NCBI GenBank assembly: GCA_951406725.2
Contig: OX597823.1
Coordinates: forward strand, 63,736,001 to 63,800,000
Length of the DNA stretch: 64,000 nt
Direction of reading: 5' to 3'
DNA from: Octopus vulgaris
Lineage: Eukaryota
Each line of letters starts with the position of its first letter. Within the stretch, counting starts at the first letter, position 1. The notes beneath the pieces were generated by a model. The model saw nothing but the letters and a program-made list of their open reading frames with translations, ran no database searches and was not told the DNA's origin. The translations under genes and the position numbers were made by a program. This document shows positions 26,044-37,755 of this stretch, in pieces.

Positions 26044-26078
<35 letters not shown>

Positions 26079-26081
<3 letters not shown>

Positions 26082-26295
26082 GGAGTACTGAAAAGTTCCT
26101 GGCTTTGGGTAAAAGAAAATACAGGAGGATCAGCTAATTATGATTATATTCAACATTTTCCCCTCTCAGATTCACACATAATGCAGCAGTCCTTCAGTTT
26201 TTCTCAGCTCTGTAAAAGAACTCTGAAGGTTGAGCCTCCAACTAGGTCTTTCATGATACCCTTAAAGCTAAGAACCTTTCAGCACCTTTCATGTA
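26079..26295. mobile_element. Mariner-type MITE
   Basis: Imperfect TIRs GAAGGAGTACTGAAAAGTTCCTGGCTTT / AAAGCTAAGAACCTTTCAGCACCTTTC, inserted in a TA repeat. Confidence 0.65.
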
Positions 26296-27965
26296 TACAT
26301 ATATATATATATTTATATTTCGTTTTTGGATTTGGTTTGCAAGATTCTTTATGTGAGTTCGTGTGTTGAAGCATATTCTGTTGTGTCTAGGGAGAGTAAT
26401 TTTCTTTTTGTGCCTTATAATTTAACACACTCACCGGTAAAATTTCCACTTATTCCTTATTTTTATTTTCCTAAAATTTTTGCAACCTTTTCAATAGTCT
26501 TGACTATATATACACACAAACACACACACACACTTGATGAGCTGCTGTTGTCAGTTTTTGTCTACCAAATCCACTCACAAGGCTTTGATAGAACTTTTGG
26601 TTATAGTAGAAGATACTTGTCCAAGGTGGTGCCTAGCAGAAGCCAATGGTAGGAAGCAAACTTAAAAACGTTTCCCTTAAAAGTAAAAAAAAAAAAAAAT
26701 GCAAATGTAATGCCATCCCTAGATTATTCAGCTCTTTGAGTTGGGTCCTGACATGTTACCAGTGGATCCAAACTCACAAATGCAAAATGCTGAAATATAA
26801 ATTATTTCTAAAGCTAATGTTACCATAGGATCCTGTTTGTTAGTGAGAGTATGCCACAATCCCTAAGCCACTCACGATTTAGTTCAATTTCCATGATGTC
26901 ATGTCAAAGGTTCCACTCCCTTATTTTTCTTTGACCTCATGAACAAATACACTGCTGAATAACTTTTGGACTTTCTCAAACCAGAAACTGTCAACTGTTT
27001 TACAAGAGGGGCTTGGAAAGTAACACCAAACTGACATTTCCTATTTTTATTTGTAGGTCCAGGTGTGGCTGTGTGGTAAGAAGCTTGCTTCCCAACCACA
27101 TGATTCTGGGTTCAATCACACTGTGTAGCAACTTGGGCAAGTGTTTTCTACTACAGCCTTGGGCCAAGTGAAGCCTTGAGAGTGGATTTCATAGATGGTA
27201 ACTGAAAGAAGCCCGTCGTATGTATACATATACATGTATATTTATGTGTGTCTATGTTTGTCTCCCCCACCACTGCTTGACAACCGATGTTGGTGTGTTT
27301 ATGTCCCTGTAACTTAGCGGTTCGGCAAAGGAAACCGTTAGAATAAGTATGAGGCTTACAAAGAATAAGTCCTAATGTCAATTTCTTATACTAAAACTCT
27401 TAAAGGAGGTACTCCAGCATGGCCGCAATCAAATGACTTAAACGTGTAAAAGAATAAAAGAAAACTCTTATGGGAAAGTGGATGAATAATTTTCTTACAC
27501 CTGTTCGAAGTGGCCCACAACCCTTACCTCTGATCTTCACATTCGCTTGACAACCGATGCTGGTGTGTTTACGTCCCCGTAACTTAGCGGTTCGGCAAAA
27601 GAGACCGATAGAACAAGTACTAGGCTTACAAAGAATAAGTCCTGGGGTCGATTTGCTCGGCTAAAGGCGGTGCTCCAACATGGCCACAGTCAAATGACTG
27701 AAACAAGTAAAAGAGTAAAAGAGGGCCGTTCTAAAATTGACCATGGTGGGATTTTAAATTAGAATGCAAAGGGCCGTATATGAATACCGCAAGGCACATT
27801 GTCCGACACCCTAACAATTCTGACAATACACCGCTTTTTTTTACTTCCAAGTGTTTACTCACACAAGCACACATACATAACATAGTTCTTCACAACACTA
27901 CTTATTTTACTTTCTCTCTCGCGCGCGCGTAGATAATCAATCGTCCGCCACGTTTGACGCTACTC

Positions 27966-27979
27966 GTGTCCTTGGTAAC
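27966..27979. promoter_or_regulatory. RFX X-box (GTGTCCTTGGTAAC)
   Basis: Fits the consensus GTNNCC-N2-RGYAAC. Lies in a locally CpG-rich, non-repetitive patch (CGCGCGCG near 27920) ~5.7 kb upstream of the IFT88 ATG exon. IFT88 orthologues are known RFX targets. Confidence 0.65.
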
Positions 27980-29042
27980 AACGATAAACAGTTGACAGTA
28001 TTTGGAAATAAAGTTAGTAGTAGAGAATAATAAGTATAATATACGATCAAAGACTTTATTAATAATAAAATAGACAGAGACTTTTTTTTTATGCTATCGG
28101 ATTATTGTAAAAAGTGCATTTCTTCGTAAATAAATAAACTTTGAAAATATAATTTAGTGGACATGCTAAACGTTCCCAAAGCGAAACAGCATAAACGTTA
28201 AACGCGTGCTTCGAGGTAGGTAAGTGTTACGTGCCCAAACGTGTAACTAAAACATCTTTTACTTCCAAAAAGCAGTGAATGAAAACATTGGCTTACACAA
28301 CTAGATGATACACAGAAGGGAACTTGTAAGTTAAAACTACGTATTGGGGTGGAAAAATGTGAAGTAAATTCTCATGTTACAATAAAACATAGACGTAAAT
28401 AGGTTTATAAAGAAGAAGAAGAAGATAAAATGGGGGGGGGGGAGTTTTATGTTCTCGATTGGTTGTGAAGAAGGAAAAAGGCTTTGAAAGTGAAATATAA
28501 GAATCAATCGATTTTGCTGCTATTTCTAGCGTGTCTATTGAGTACAGAGAGGCTCCCACGCTGTCCTGTCCAGTTCTATATTTCTCATGCAGTCTCGGAT
28601 GATTCTCTATTTCTTTCAAAACAATAATTACATAATTACACATAATTGTGATATAATGAAGAAACTTCTCTGTTACTGCTCGACTTGCTCAAAACAATAG
28701 CCAAACATGACTCAAATCACACTCTGCCTACAAAGAATGGGGATCGACATATTACATAACCAATCGCAGATATATGAAGACTTGATTAAATATAAGGCAG
28801 GATGGTCACGGCTGGACCACTTTTCAACATTAATTCAACTCTATCTGGACTATCCTGGTGCCAAACAACAACGTATGTGTGTATGTATTATGTACGTATG
28901 TATGTATGACTGGATGCATGTATGTATGTAATATTAGCAAAACTTAATACCTACCCTGAAAGTGGTAAAATTACTTCAAGAAAACTTCAGGCGTCTTTCA
29001 GTGAAATTGGCATTACCCAGAATTCTATAGTGTACCGGAACT

Positions 29043-29056
29043 GCTACCATGACAAC
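29043..29056. promoter_or_regulatory. RFX X-box (GCTACCATGACAAC) with adjacent ETS-like CCGGAA
   Basis: Near-palindromic 14-mer matching GYTNYY-AT-RRNAAC. CCGGAA at 29035-29040. A minus-strand splice-donor-like site (CAGG|GTAGGT) lies at ~28954. Confidence 0.65.
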
Positions 29057-29585
29057 ATACAAGCTACTAACGTTTGTTTTCGTTCTGTTGTTTACATTTG
29101 TAAAGTTTATCGCTAGGATGGGCTGAGGGATTAGTCAGGGGTTAATGAAAACGATAAGAAAGATAAAATAAAATTATATATGAATACGAAATAATATATT
29201 ACAATATATATATATTCTTTCATTCTTTGACTGCGGCGGATGCTGGAGCACCGCCTCAAAGGGTTTTAGTTGAAGAAATCGACCCCAGGACTTGTTATTC
29301 GTAAGCCTAGTACTTATTCTATCGGTCTCTTTGCCGAACCTACAAGTTACGGGAACATAAACACAGCATCGTCGGTGGTCAAGAGATAGTGGGGAGGACA
29401 AACACACATATACGGCAGGCTTCTTTATGTTTCTGTCTATGAAATCCACTCACAAGGCTTTGGTCGGCCCAAAGCTATAGTAGGAGACATTTGCCCGAGG
29501 TGTCACATAGTGGGACTGAACCCGGAACCATGTGGCTGAGAAACAAGCTTCTTACCACAACCACTCCTGTATGTATGTGTGTGTG

Positions 29586-29638
<53 letters not shown>

Positions 29639-29823
29639 GTCGTAAATGTTTTTATATATATATATATATAATTATAACAATGAGGGTCTTTGCAACAAGT
29701 TGCTATTCATTGTTATAATTAGATATAATTTTACCGAATATGGTCCTTTTCCATACCGAAAGACTACTTGGTGAAATTTGTTGATTTTATTAAATTAATT
29801 ATATTTCACCCTTTATCTGTACT

Positions 29824-29943
<120 letters not shown>

Positions 29944-30105
29944 ATCGCCATATTAATATGGCATTCTTATAGATATAAGAATAATCGCTGCCATGGTCAG
30001 CTCCATGAGGCCACCGCCATCAAGATAGCTATTGATACACGATCTGTATCCATTATAACCTTCGAACAAGGGAGGTCAGCCGCTTCACACTGCCAGTCCG
30101 ACAGC

Positions 30106-30143
30106 TACAGACGCGTTTCGGGGTATTGCCCCTTGTCAATGTA
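30106..30143 (-). ncRNA. Hammerhead-like motif with variant core (TTGACAA)
   Basis: Minus strand: TACA-TTGACAA-GGGG(CAATA)CCCC-GAAA-CGCG-TC^TGTA. Stems perfect, two core substitutions. Confidence 0.65.
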
Positions 30144-30308
30144 ACGCAGTCAGACCCGCAGGTGTCGCCACTGACGTCTCTGTTCGAAGGCTTATATTTA
30201 CCTAGTTTCAGTGGAATACATCCACTTGTTTTCAATAATAGAAATATTAAAATTACTAAATCTCTATAAAAGAGATTATGGCAGCGTTTACTGGAAAAGC
30301 CTTTTTAA

Positions 30309-30354
<46 letters not shown>

Positions 30355-30848
30355 CATACATATAAGCAACAAGAATGGATTAGTAGTTTAGTACAATTGT
30401 TTCATACTAAGAACAATTGTATTTAAAGCTGCAAATATTGCGGCAAATACAAATGTCCAGTATTCATCATTTAAATCACATATCTGTTTTCCAGACATCC
30501 TAGAGAGTTTGACTATCCTCATATACATATACATATATACATATATACATATATATGTTGCTTGTATGCAGTTATGCATCCTTGTGGCTGCAATTTCATC
30601 AAGTGTCCATCACTTACGACCTTTCAAAGTTAGCTAATATATACACTCACAAACACACACACACACACATGCACACACTAGGGTTTTCAATGTAAAAATG
30701 TATGCAAGTGTTTTAAGGTAGAAACAATTACTTTTATAACTTATTACAAAAACCTGGAAACTCAAGTTATGGTTAATTGTTTCTTAAAACATTTTTCATC
30801 GAACTTTATGTTATATATAACGGCACACGCGCCCTCTGTCACCCTCCC

Positions 30849-30895
<47 letters not shown>

Positions 30896-31844
30896 GCAGA
30901 TATAGAAAGTGATGCAAGAGCTGACACTTTTGTGAGGGATACTTATCAATGTTGAATTGATAAGCACCATCACGAAGCTCCCGGTCCCTGAGTCGTGTTT
31001 ATATATACATATATTGAGCGTTTAACTGATTAAACACACACGTGCTCACACATATTATGCTTACAGTCTTATTACATATATATATATATATATATGCATG
31101 TGATTGCATGCATGTTCATGTTTCTACATCTGGTTTGAAAGCATACTCAATACATGTATTAAAGTATAGTTATTCATTCGAAAGCTAATATTTCACTCAA
31201 GTCACAGCTGAGCTTCTCACCATATGTAATTATGGTGCCTCATTAACATTGAACAAAGAAAAATTGACTAGAAAACCTGGTTTAAATATTTTATATCTAA
31301 GCAAAATCACAACTTACCTCAACCCTCTAGATATTCAGTTTCCTCCCTCACCGTGATGCCTACTAGACATTTGCTGCACTCTTGTGATGTCATAGTTTTT
31401 CCAAAGGGATTACTACTGCTCAGGTTATCAAAAAAAAAAAAAGAACACTGCTTTGAAACTGGACTGAAACGAACATTTTGTGAAAGAGCCATGATTACTA
31501 TTTAAGACTCACTGATACAATTTCATTTCCATTTCCTTGTTCTATTTCTTGATAGCGTTGTAATCTACCACTGTCACCACTGCCATCATCATCATCATTA
31601 TCAACATCATCAACAAATGGCTACTTTTCCATACTCGCATAGATTGGCCAGAATTTATTTTAGGCAGATTTTCTACAGCTCCTTGACCTTCCTGTTGCCA
31701 GCTTTTTCCTTATTTCCAAACAAGAAAAATATTTCCCCGTGGCCAGAACATGCACTCACAAAATAATGGAAAAGAATGACACTTCTTGTATGACACTGAC
31801 AATCATTTACAATTATCACATGATATCGAAGTAAGGAGACACAA

Positions 31845-32122
31845 ACACACACACACACATACACACACACATACATACATACATACATACATACATACAT
31901 GCATGCATGCATGCATGCATGCATGCATACATACATACATACATACATACATACATACATACACACATACAAACAAACATACATACATACATACATACAC
32001 ACATACAAACAAACATACACACATACAAACAAACATACATACATACATACATACATACATACATACATACATACATACATACATACATACATAAATACAT
32101 ACATACACACACACATACAAAC
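31845..32122. repeat. (CATA)n compound microsatellite, representative of dozens of TA/CA/GA/CAT/TATG tracts in the window
   Basis: Directly visible. Similar tracts at 50092-50330, 44286-44383 and 46095-46150. Confidence 0.95.
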
Positions 32123-32301
32123 AAAAATACCCTGTTGTTGATGTTGAAATTCCAATGAAGGAATCTTGGATCTATGTTAGAAACTAGTTCTTTCTCCTAT
32201 TAGCAAGAAATCTTGAAATAAACTGAATAATGACATACATACATTCATAGGTACATACAAACATACATACATGTATACATATATATGTATACATATACAT
32301 G

Positions 32302-32361
<60 letters not shown>

Positions 32362-33545
32362 ATTTTCTTTATTTATATATATATATATATATTTTTTTTT
32401 TTTAATTTTATTATGTATTTTTATAATGCATTTGCTATATGTATTTGGAGGATATATTTATATGTTGATGGGTGTTATTTAGTGGTGTTTTTATTGAGTT
32501 TTGTATGTATGTGTGAATGTTTATGATCCCTTTGTTTTTTGTTTTTATTTAGTATGTTGAATTGACAGATTTTATTTGGGTATTGTCTGTTATAATAAAG
32601 TACACACACCCATAACGAATATAAGTGCCCACTTCATTCGCTGTACCTGGAATTGCATGTGAGCCTCAACATATACACCTAACGGCCACTCCCGCCCCAT
32701 ATGGATAAATAAATACATACATCCCCAAAAATGGGCGTAATCCCACTCACACAAATCATATGTATACAATTATACACACTAGAATAATACATAACTAACC
32801 CAAATATACAGAACATACCAAAAATTACCATTTAACCACTATCACATATGAAACCCACACCCATACAATGACAAAACTCCCCACTCCATACCCAATTTAC
32901 ACCTACATAGCAATCCCAATATATTCATCCATACATGGACGCACGTGCGTGAAGCATATGCATACAATAAATACGTACAACCCCCCAATACACACTCATA
33001 TACATACGTATCAAGCTTGACATCCACAGCGATACGTTTACACCCACTCACACCAAGATGGGTGAATTGCACAACCAGGGAACGCACACACACATGTGTG
33101 CGTTTTTTGATTGTGCAACTCGCCTATATGCATGTATGCGGGCGCGATTACATTGTTGCATATATCGAGCCTAAATAGCATGCATATGTACATTTGAGGG
33201 GGTACACGCTAATGACGTGCGCGTGTACCCCCTGCATTTATACCCGTGCGTGAATATACACATGGAGACTACCACACAGGTATAAATGTGTATAGTATTG
33301 GGAGCCATATCACTACACTCAATGTATACTCTCACCCATCAGCACGGATGTGAAAGTGAATCTCCGGTGTATATGTTGAGGCTTATTTGTAGCGCTGTGG
33401 TGGAACGTCGTTGAAATTGTGAATGAATGGGTGGAGTTGGGAATTGTAACCGGGTGGTGGACTAGCGTTGCTTGGAATTTGTGAGTGGAATAGTGTAGTA
33501 GTGAGGTAGGCATCGAGAATGGGTTGGGTTGCTGCAAGTTGTTTG

Positions 33546-35704
33546 TTAGAGCTGCTAAGTTGAGCTAAAGCTCATAAATGTATATAATGATTTTTCATGG
33601 TAGTTTTTTTAAAGAATCCATTCATAATAAATTTTTTTAAGTAGTGTTGGTTTGCCACGTGGATATAGTTTTTAGTTCCATTTATTCTTTTTCTCCATTC
33701 ATAATTTTAAATGACGTTTACTTTCCATGGCGCGTATTCTTTTTTTACATAAGTTATTTCTATGGTAACGTAATTTTGGTTTGATTTTTTTAACGGCTAA
33801 GAATTTAATTTCACTTCATAATTTGAAACTGACTTGTAAGTATGTTTTTTATTTATCCTTATGTCATATTGTTATTTTTGATATTCTGGTTAATTACGAT
33901 GTATTTAATGTTGTTTTCGAGATTGTGTGTGAGTTTTTAGTTGTATAATTTATTTATCTGTATGAGTGTGGGTGTGTAAATATTGTTGTATATATCGAGT
34001 TTAGTGAGTATGTATATGCGTATATGTGAGGGAGTATATGTATCTGTTGTGTGTGTGTGTTTTGCGTGTGTGTGTGTTTGTGTGTGAATGTGTATATGGG
34101 TTTGTTATTTAGGTTTTGGGATGTATGTGTTAATTTGTCTGTGTGGTGAGGGAGTGGGTTTTGGTGTATATTGAGGTTTATAAGTTAGTATAGGTATGTG
34201 TATAAGTCGTGGGTCTGTGGTTTAAGTGTGTGTATTTGTGTGTGAATGTTTAGGTTAGGGGGATTGCTATATAGGTTTGTTATAGAGTTTAGCATAGGGA
34301 GATTTTATCGTTATAGGTTTTAAGAGATTTGGTTTATCATGGTTTTTTTAGGGAATTCGTGGTAATTTGTCTATTTTCGATGTTGGTTGTTTTATTACAT
34401 TGTTTCATTCATAATTTTTGAGTGGTGTTCGTTTTGCCACGTGAATATTATTTTTAATTCCATTTATTCCATTTCTCCATTCATTAATTTAGAGATGTTC
34501 GTTTCCAGAGCGGTTATATTTTTTATACATATGTTAAGTTCTTTGGTAAAGTAATTTTGTTTGGTGTATATGTTGAGGCTTATTTGTACTTGTGGGTGTG
34601 TGTGAGTGGGGTGGATTAGAGCTGCTAAGGTGAGCTAAAGCTCATAAATGTATATAATGATTTTTCATGGTAGTTTTTTAAAGAATCCATTCATAATAAA
34701 TTTTTTTAAGTAGTGTTGGTTTGCCACGTGGATATAGTTTTTAGTTCCATTTATTCTTTTTTCTCCATTCATAATTTTAAATGACGTTTACTTTCCATGA
34801 CGCGTATTCTTTTTTTACATAAGTTATTTCTATGGTAACGTAATTTTGGTTTGATTTTTTAACGGCTAAGAATTTAATTTCACTTTATAATTTGAAAATG
34901 ACTTGTAAGTATGTATTTTATTTATCCTTATGTCATATTGTTATTTTTGATATTCTGGTTAATTACGATGTATTTAATGTTGTTTTCATAGGAGTGTTTA
35001 TGTATATGAGATTGTGTGTGAGTTTTTAGTTGTATAATTTATTTATCTGTATGAGTGTGGGTGTGTAAATATTGTTGTATATATCGAGTTTAGTGAGTAT
35101 GTATATGCGTATATGTGAGGGAGTATATGTATCTGTTGTGTGTGTGTGTTTTGCGTGTGTGTGTGTTTGTGTGTGAATGTGTATATGGGTTTGTTATTTA
35201 GGTTTTGGGATGTATGTGTTAATTTGTCTGTGTGTGGAGGGAGTGGATTTTGGTGTATATTGAGGTTTATAAGTTAGTATAGGTATGTGTATAAGTCGTG
35301 GGTCTGTGGTTTACGTGTGTGTATTTGTGTGTGAATGTTTAGGTTAGGGGGATTGCTATATAGGTTTGTTATAGAGTTTAGCAAAGGGAGATTTTATCGT
35401 TATATGTTTTTGGGAGTTTTGGTTTATCATGGTTTTTTTAGGGAATTCGTGGTAATTTGTCTATTTTCGATGTTGGTTGTTTTATTGCATTGTTTCATTC
35501 ATAATTTTTGAGTGGTGTTCGTTTTGCCACGTGAATATTATTTTTAATTCCATTTATTCCATTTCTCCATTCATTAATTTAGAGATGTTCGTTTCCAGAG
35601 CGGTTATATTTTTTATACATATGTTAAGTTCTTTGGTAAAGTAATTTTGTTCGTGTATATGTTGAGGCTTATATGTACTTGTGGGTGTGTGTGAGTGGGG
35701 TGGG
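33546..35704. repeat. Tandem duplication, unit ~1070 bp, with internal sub-repeats
   Basis: TTAGAGCTGCTAAG(T/G)TGAGCTAAAGCTCATAAATG starts at both 33546 and 34616. The units are nearly identical apart from a ~20 bp indel near 34990. Confidence 0.92.
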
Positions 35705-36735
35705 TGTTTGTATTTGTTATGGGTGTGTGGTTTACATGTGTGTTTTTGTGTGTGAATGTATAGGTTAAAGGGATTGCTATATTAGTATGTTATAGTGTTT
35801 AGTAAAGGGAGGTTTTATCATTTCTGTTTTGTGAGTTTTAGCTTATCATGGTAGTTTTATAAAAGAATCCATTCATAATTTTTGTGTTTATTTGTCTGTG
35901 TGGGGTTGAGTGGGTTTTTGGAGTATATGTTGAGGTTTATATGTATGTATTGGTATGTGTAAGTGGTGTGGGTATTTGTATATGTCGTGGGTGTGTGGTT
36001 TACGTGTGTGTATTTGTGTGTGAATGTTTAGGTTAGGGGGATTGCTATATAGGTATGTTATAGAGTTTAGTAAAGGGAGATTTTATCATTATATGTTTTT
36101 GTGAGTTTTGGTTTATCATGGTAGGTTTGTTAAGGAATTCGTAGTAATTTGTGTATATTTGGGATGTCTGTTGTTTTATTGCATTGTTTCATTCATAATT
36201 TTTAAGTAGTGTTCGTTTTACTAAGTGAATATAATTTTTAATTCCATTTATTCCATTTCTCCGTTCTTAATTTTGAGTGATGTCCGTTTTCTAGAGCGTG
36301 AATGTGGGTTGTATGTGTGTGTGTGTGGGAGTATGAATAAGTATTGTGTTGAAGTATTTAGCTATTTTATTTATTTATAGTTGTCTAGACGTTTTTATGT
36401 GTATGTATAGGGATATATATATAGGTGTGTGGTTTAGTGTATGTAGTTAGATATGGTTATATATAATTAGGTATATGTGTTTGGGTGTATATATAGTTTA
36501 TTATTATATTATTATTATTTTTTTGTTTTGTTTTATATTTTATATTTTATATTTTATATTTTATATTTAATTGTTGATAGGTTTATTTTAGTTTATATAT
36601 TGTTTATATATTGATTATATATGGATTATATTTAGGTTATATATGGATTATATATTTATATTTTTTCATTCATACTTTAATTATTTTAAAATTATTATTT
36701 GTATATTTTAAAATTTTGATATTTTAGATTGAAGT

Positions 36736-36778
36736 CCACCTGAAGATTGTCGATCAAGACAAGAAACGATTGTAGTGG
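36736..36778 (+). ncRNA. Minimal type I hammerhead ribozyme, intact core
   Basis: CCAC-CTGAAGA-TTGTC(GATCAA)GACAA-GAAA-C(GATT)G-TA^GTGG. Stems I and II pair perfectly; GUA cleavage triplet. Confidence 0.85.
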
Positions 36779-37378
36779 CGGTTTTTTTGACTATTTATTA
36801 AAATTTTATGTATTGATTAAGTCTTTCCTTGTTTGTTTTGCAAAATAGTGGTTTTGTCTCTAATAATATTTTATATATACATATATATATATATACATAC
36901 ATATACATATACATACATACATATATATACATATATATATATATCATCATCATCATCATTTAACGTCTGCTGGCATGAATTGGATAGTTTTGACCAGAAC
37001 TAGCAACCTGGAGCACTACACCAGACTCCAATCTGATTTGGCATGTTTTCTATGGCTGGATGCCCTTCTTTATGCCAGCCGCTTTACAGAGTGTGGTAGG
37101 TGCTTTTACATGGCACCACACGGGTGCTCTTATGTGACACTGCTTGCGTTCTTTTATGTGATGGCACATGGGCACTTTTACATGGCACTACCATGAGTGC
37201 TTTACACCACCAGCAGGAAGGTGTGGCTGTGTGGTAAGTAGCTTGCTTACCAACCACATGGTTCTGGGTTCAGTCCCACTGCATGGCATCTTGGGCAAGT
37301 GTCTTCTGCTATAGCCCCGGGCCGACCAATGCCTTGTGAGTGGATTTGGTAGACGGAAACTGAAAGAAGCCTGTCGTA

Positions 37379-37427
<49 letters not shown>

Positions 37428-37617
37428 AAATGTTTGTGTCTGTGTTTGTCCCCCTAGCATTGCTTGACAACCGATGCTGGTGTGTTTACGACACCGTCAC
37501 TTAGCAGTTCGGCAAAAGAGACCGATAGAATAAGTCCTGGGGTCGATTTGCTCAACTAAAGGCGGTGCTCCAGCATGGCCGCAGTCAAATGACTGAAACA
37601 AGTAAAAGAGTAAAAGA

Positions 37618-37657
<40 letters not shown>

Positions 37658-37676
37658 GTATAAATGTGTATGTATG

Positions 37677-37755
<79 letters not shown>

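Larger units (their letters stand above)
32400..36860. mobile_element. Strand-skewed composite element: fold-back, ~1.07 kb tandem duplication and terminal hammerhead (probably PLE-derived)
   Basis: Palindrome centred at ~33094. Direct repeats at 33546-34615 and 34616-~35704. C-depleted plus strand over 33.55-36.7 kb. Hammerhead at 36736. Confidence 0.6.

Noticed and set aside
29730-29780. Possible further hammerhead (…CCGAATATGGT…ACCGAAAGACTAC…); similar case at ~4795-4845
   Set aside because: Core and cleavage triplet too degenerate to support.
30900-30955. Plus-strand exon after the (CT)n-CAG acceptor
   Set aside because: The best frame stops after ~17 codons, there is no clear donor, and the pyrimidine tract is a microsatellite.
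31673-32158. Long ORFs such as MYVCMYVC..., YIYIYI..., HTHT... throughout the ORF track
   Set aside because: Translations of stop-free microsatellites, not genes.
33210-33220. CRESS-DNA virus origin nonamer in the hairpin loop
   Set aside because: The loop TAATGACGTGC does not match NANTATTAC, and there is no Rep ORF nearby.
33546-36400. NUMT or mitochondrial control region (strong GT skew)
   Set aside because: No mitochondrial protein, tRNA or rRNA motifs recognised. Structure and terminal hammerhead fit a PLE-type repeat better.
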